In this document: positions 60,724-64,000 of the stretch, one piece after another
Layout of the letters: the number at the start of each line of letters is the position of its first letter
Numbering within the stretch: the stretch's first letter is position 1
Assembly: GCA_964650645.1 (NCBI GenBank)
Contig: CAZYUH010000001.1
Coordinates: 79,373 to 143,372, forward strand
Length of the DNA stretch: 64,000 bases
Direction of reading: 5' to 3'
Source: an uncultured Candidatus Saccharibacteria bacterium
Lineage (GTDB): Bacteria > Patescibacteriota > Minisyncoccia > Phycocordibacterales > SBAW01
Translations under genes and position numbers: made by a program
The notes under the pieces: model-generated
Database searches by the model: none
What the model was told of the DNA's origin: nothing
Seen by the model: the letters and a program-made list of their open reading frames with translations, nothing else

Positions 60724-61334
60724 TAGGGGGCGACGTCGTAGCAGGTCTCGGTGCCGCCCGGCTGGGCCGTCCCCCCGGTGGCGTTGCAGCCGGCAGTCGC
60801 GGCGCTCAGGCCGTTGAAGGTGGATGCGCTCGCCGTGCACCGCGCAAGGTTCGTATACAGGTATGTTCCCCCGCTGTCGGCATCGACATCCCTGGTAAGC
60901 CCGCCGTCGGTTATATCCTCGAGCGTGGCCCCCAGGTGGTAGGACAGGGGCGGGCGCGACGAGTCATTGCACACGAGGCTGCCGCCCGTGGTGCCCGGCG
61001 TATAGGCGACGTACTTGTAGCATCCGGTTGGCGTACTGCTGGTGCACGCCGAGCTGTTAGTGGGGTCGGTGGGCACGACGGGCAGATAGGCCGGGGCAAG
61101 GCCGCTGGCGGGAGCGGACCCGGACGTGGAGTAGATGTTCACCGGATACATGCCGTTGTCGGTGTAGTAGAGCGAGAGCGCCAGCTGTATGGACTTTATG
61201 TCCGCCTGGCGCCGCGCGTCGCGCGATTTCGCCTTCGCGCCCGAGAGCGAGACCATGACGATGCTCGCCAGGATGCCGATAATCGCGATGACGACCAGGA
61301 GCTCGATGAGCGTGAAGCCTTTGGTGGTGCGCAT
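60723..61334 (-). CDS. type IV major pilin-like protein
   Basis: TKG|[20 protein letters not shown]. Confidence 0.8.
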   Translation of the reverse strand: MRTTKGFTLIELLVVIAIIGILASIVMVSLSGAKAKSRDARRQADIKSIQLALSLYYTDNGMYPVNIYSTSGSAPASGLAPAYLPVVPTDPTNSSACTSSTPTGCYKYVAYTPGTTGGSLVCNDSSRPPLSYHLGATLEDITDGGLTRDVDADSGGTYLYTNLARCTASASTFNGLSAATAGCNATGGTAQPGGTETCYDVAP

Positions 61335-61361
61335 GGGTTCAGTATACCCCCTTGTTTCGGG

Positions 61362-62771
61362 CTAGCGCAGGCCGGTAATGACCCAATAAGGCTCCTGAAG
61401 AGACTCCGAGCCGTAGGCGGGAGTGTCCCACTCCCGGTCGTCTACGGTCATGACGTAGTATTCGTCCGGATTGAACGCGCGGCCGAGCGCCGAGAAGTCG
61501 GCGACCCAGTGCTCGCCGTCGCCGGAAGGGTTCAGGTGGATGGTATCGCTCAGGTCTTCCCAATCAGGGCAGCTGGCGGCGTGCGAAGCGTCGGCGAAGC
61601 AGCTGATGGTTATAAGCCAAGGGTGGAACAGATTCCACTCGCCGTAATTCCAGTCCTTGGAGAGCGTGACGGTCTGGATGACGCCGCCGCCCATGCCCGA
61701 GCCCGGACCCAGGTCAATAGTGGCCACGGACGACTCGGGTGTATCCGTAAAGCCGGAGGCTCCTTCCAGATCGCACTGGCGCCAAGTGCCGGTGCTTTCC
61801 CCGCACAAGTAGCTCTCGTCGGGCTGGGAGGCCATGACGTACAGCTCCGGCTCGGCCGCTACCTGCTCGACAATCACGGAGAACGTGCTCGTGGCGCCGT
61901 TGCCGGCGGCGTCCTGCGCCGCGCAGGAGACCGTAGTGGTGCCTACAGCGAACGCGGAGCCGGATGCGGGCGCGCACGACACCTCTACGGACGCGTCGAC
62001 GTTGTCGGTAGCGGCCGGAAGCGCGTATGCCACTTCGACGGCATCTTCGGTAGTGGTCGCGAAAACGTCCTCGTGCGCCGCAATGACCGGCGCTTCGGTA
62101 TCGGCCGGAGGCAGAACGCTTACGGTAAACGACGACGGTATGGCCGCATTGCCCCAGCTGTCGGCCGCCGTGCAGGAAACAAGCGTATTCCCCACCGGGA
62201 AGAAGTATCCCGAGGCGGGCGCGCAATCCACCGCTACCAAGTTTCCGTAATGATCGGTCGCCGGAGGATTGACGTACTCCACCACCGAACCCGAGGCGGG
62301 GTCCGCGAGCTGCACCGAGATATCGGAGTGGGCCGCGATGACGGGCGGAACGGTATTAGTGCCGACGCGCACCGCCCCGGAAAGAGCGAAGACGCCTCCG
62401 GCCTGCTTGCCGCAGTTATTAGCCGCGTCGGCGATGAAATTCGCGTTATAGAGTCCCGGCTGTCCGGGAGCCTTGATAGTGAACGTCTCGGTGAACACTC
62501 CCTCGTCATTGTTGCGGGTCCCCTCCTTGGCGTTCTTGGTGTTGACGCACGTGCCCGTCACGGATCCCGTACTGACGCCCCAATTGACGCCCTTCCACTT
62601 GCTGGAATCGGTAAGCTCGGCCGTGACGGAGACCGTGATGTTCCCTCCGGGATCCACCTGCACCGAGGAGCCGTTATTGAGGGTGGCGGAAGTAATCGTG
62701 ACCGATGCCGAAGCGAGCGCGGGAACCAGGAACCCGAGGCTTATAAGGAGACCGGCGAGTGCTTTTGTCAT
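61362..62771 (-). CDS. secreted protein with two HYR (hyalin-repeat) domains
   Basis: Signal peptide; two copies of PVIAAH(S/E)D...CAPASG..F.VG.T.VSC.A.D..GN. Confidence 0.6.
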   Translation of the reverse strand: MTKALAGLLISLGFLVPALASASVTITSATLNNGSSVQVDPGGNITVSVTAELTDSSKWKGVNWGVSTGSVTGTCVNTKNAKEGTRNNDEGVFTETFTIKAPGQPGLYNANFIADAANNCGKQAGGVFALSGAVRVGTNTVPPVIAAHSDISVQLADPASGSVVEYVNPPATDHYGNLVAVDCAPASGYFFPVGNTLVSCTAADSWGNAAIPSSFTVSVLPPADTEAPVIAAHEDVFATTTEDAVEVAYALPAATDNVDASVEVSCAPASGSAFAVGTTTVSCAAQDAAGNGATSTFSVIVEQVAAEPELYVMASQPDESYLCGESTGTWRQCDLEGASGFTDTPESSVATIDLGPGSGMGGGVIQTVTLSKDWNYGEWNLFHPWLITISCFADASHAASCPDWEDLSDTIHLNPSGDGEHWVADFSALGRAFNPDEYYVMTVDDREWDTPAYGSESLQEPYWVITGLR

Positions 62772-62820
62772 ATGCCTTTACGGTAGCACGCCCCGCACGG
62801 GGCGCAAACGGAAGGCCGCG

Positions 62821-62855
62821 CAAAAAACACCCCCGGCCGCATGCGGCCGGGGGTG
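62821..62855 (-). terminator. rho-independent terminator after pilin gene (CCCCCGGCCGCATGCGGCCGGGGG + T6)
   Basis: Seen directly. Confidence 0.65.
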
Positions 62856-62868
62856 TTTTCCAGCGGAT

Positions 62869-63342
62869 TTACTTGCAGTTCGCGGTGCCGGTCATGATGC
62901 TCGACGTGGCGTTGCTCATGCAGGCTATGACGCCGGTCGTAACGCTTCCAAAGCCGGTTTCGAGGTACGTCTTTATCTGCCAGTCGTTGAACAGGGGCGC
63001 GCCGGTCCCGGCCCTGTTTGATACAGCATAATCGCACGCGGCCGACGCGCCCGACGTGCAGGCGGTAGTGGCGCCCGACGGATCACTGAAGGCCGTTAGG
63101 TTGGGCGACGTGCAGGCAGAAGCGCGGTTGTTGCCGGCAACCGTGCATCCGGAAAACGCGGTCGAATTGTCAGTGCCCACGAGCGCGATAACGCGGGTTG
63201 CCTGCTGGAGCTCGGCGACGCGCTTGGCGTCGCGGCCCTTGGCGCGGGCGCTGTTAAGGGAGACGAGCACGATGCTTGCCAGAATGCCGATAATCGCTAT
63301 AACCACCAACAGCTCGATGAGCGTAAAGCCGCGCTTGTTCAT
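62869..63342 (-). CDS. type IV major pilin paralogue
   Basis: KRG|[34 protein letters not shown]; start at MNKRG. Confidence 0.8.
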   Translation of the reverse strand: MNKRGFTLIELLVVIAIIGILASIVLVSLNSARAKGRDAKRVAELQQATRVIALVGTDNSTAFSGCTVAGNNRASACTSPNLTAFSDPSGATTACTSGASAACDYAVSNRAGTGAPLFNDWQIKTYLETGFGSVTTGVIACMSNATSSIMTGTANCK

Positions 63343-63387
63343 ATAACACAAGGGTAGCATTCAAATCCCCGACCCCGCCGACTTGTC

Positions 63388-63424
63388 CACACAAAGCAAA
63401 CCCCCGGCCGATGGCCGGGGGTTT
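63388..63424 (-). terminator. rho-independent terminator after pilin gene (CCCCCGGCC-ATCG-GCCGGGGG + T-rich)
   Basis: Seen directly. Confidence 0.6.
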
Positions 63425-63444
63425 GCTTGCCACAACGACTTAGA

Positions 63445-63942
63445 CTAGCTGGCGCACTGATACGGCGTAGAGGTTGCGCTGCTGATGCACACGCCTCCCG
63501 AGATCAAGCTACCAGCACCGTTCTCAAGGTAGGTGCGGATGCGCCAGTTCTGGGTTGATACGTTGTTGGGGGCTGCGGCATCTGCCGCGCCGCTCGCTTG
63601 AGATATCGCGTACTGGCACGTCGCAGACAAAGGACCAGTAAGGCCGCAGGCCGTTCCCGAAGTAGACGGATCGAGGAACTGCGAGAGGCTAGGGGTCGTG
63701 CAGGTGCTTACGTTAGGGAACGTGCCGCAAACAACATCCGTAGCCGGATCGCCGTCAGCGAGCGCCATAGCGCGCGCAATCTGCTGGAGGGAAGCTACGC
63801 GGTTTGCGTCGCGGCCCTTGGCGCGGGCGCTGTTAAGGGATACGAGCACGATGGATGCGAGGATGCCGATGATGGCGATAACCACCAAGAGCTCGATGAG
63901 GGTGAAGCCCTGCGCGAACTTCTTCGAGAACTTTGTATGCAT
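63445..63942 (-). CDS. type IV major pilin paralogue
   Basis: AQG|[34 protein letters not shown]; first ~110 nt ~90% identical in DNA to 62869..63342. Confidence 0.8.
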   Translation of the reverse strand: MHTKFSKKFAQGFTLIELLVVIAIIGILASIVLVSLNSARAKGRDANRVASLQQIARAMALADGDPATDVVCGTFPNVSTCTTPSLSQFLDPSTSGTACGLTGPLSATCQYAISQASGAADAAAPNNVSTQNWRIRTYLENGAGSLISGGVCISSATSTPYQCAS

Positions 63943-64000
63943 AACGATAAGCTAAGTAATAAATCTGCGTTTTAAGAGGTAGCCGCAGGTACCCTTAGTA

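Overview
This is a 64 kb, high-GC (~65%) bacterial chromosomal segment with almost all genes on the minus strand. Several features suggest a CPR/Patescibacteria-like or Gram-positive-like lineage, but that is inference only. These are many type IV pilin genes with a [11 protein letters not shown]-terminus, several peptidoglycan-binding-domain proteins, small tRNA genes without encoded CCA, and a gatCA-ligA cluster. The housekeeping backbone comprises msrB, lexA, a ROK kinase, a PGI/PMI-type SIS isomerase, cyclophilin, a DEAD-box helicase, typA, an ABC-F ATPase, pheA, pyrG, ftsEX, prfB, gatCA and ligA. Six tRNAs are present: Gln, Thr x2, Asp, Met and an initiator Met. Three compositionally distinct low-GC islands interrupt the backbone. 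(1) 9.6-20.3 kb is a defence island. It carries a Vsr/C-protein/Dcm/PD-(D/E)xK restriction module, a MORC-like GHKL ATPase, a 1139-aa RecB-nuclease+SF1-helicase fusion (Nhi/DNA2-like), a ClpS-like protein with a mutated N-degron pocket, and AbrB/ArsR regulators flanked by direct repeats. (2) 40.3-44.3 kb is a tRNA-Gln-associated island with three att-like partial tRNA-3'-end repeats bracketing low-GC cargo (S66 peptidase, SGNH hydrolase, small proteins) but no integrase. (3) 48.7-49.7 kb is a tRNA-Asp-associated stretch of degenerate tandem tRNA-end repeats. The 3' end of the window (57.6-63.9 kb) is a type IV pilus cluster with prepilin peptidase, minor pilins, three paralogous major pilins and a HYR-domain protein. 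The most likely novel system is the defence island, specifically the GHKL-ATPase + nuclease pair and the ClpS-like + nuclease-helicase pair. Many listed six-frame ORFs are spurious antisense or out-of-frame reading frames typical of high-GC DNA and were ignored.
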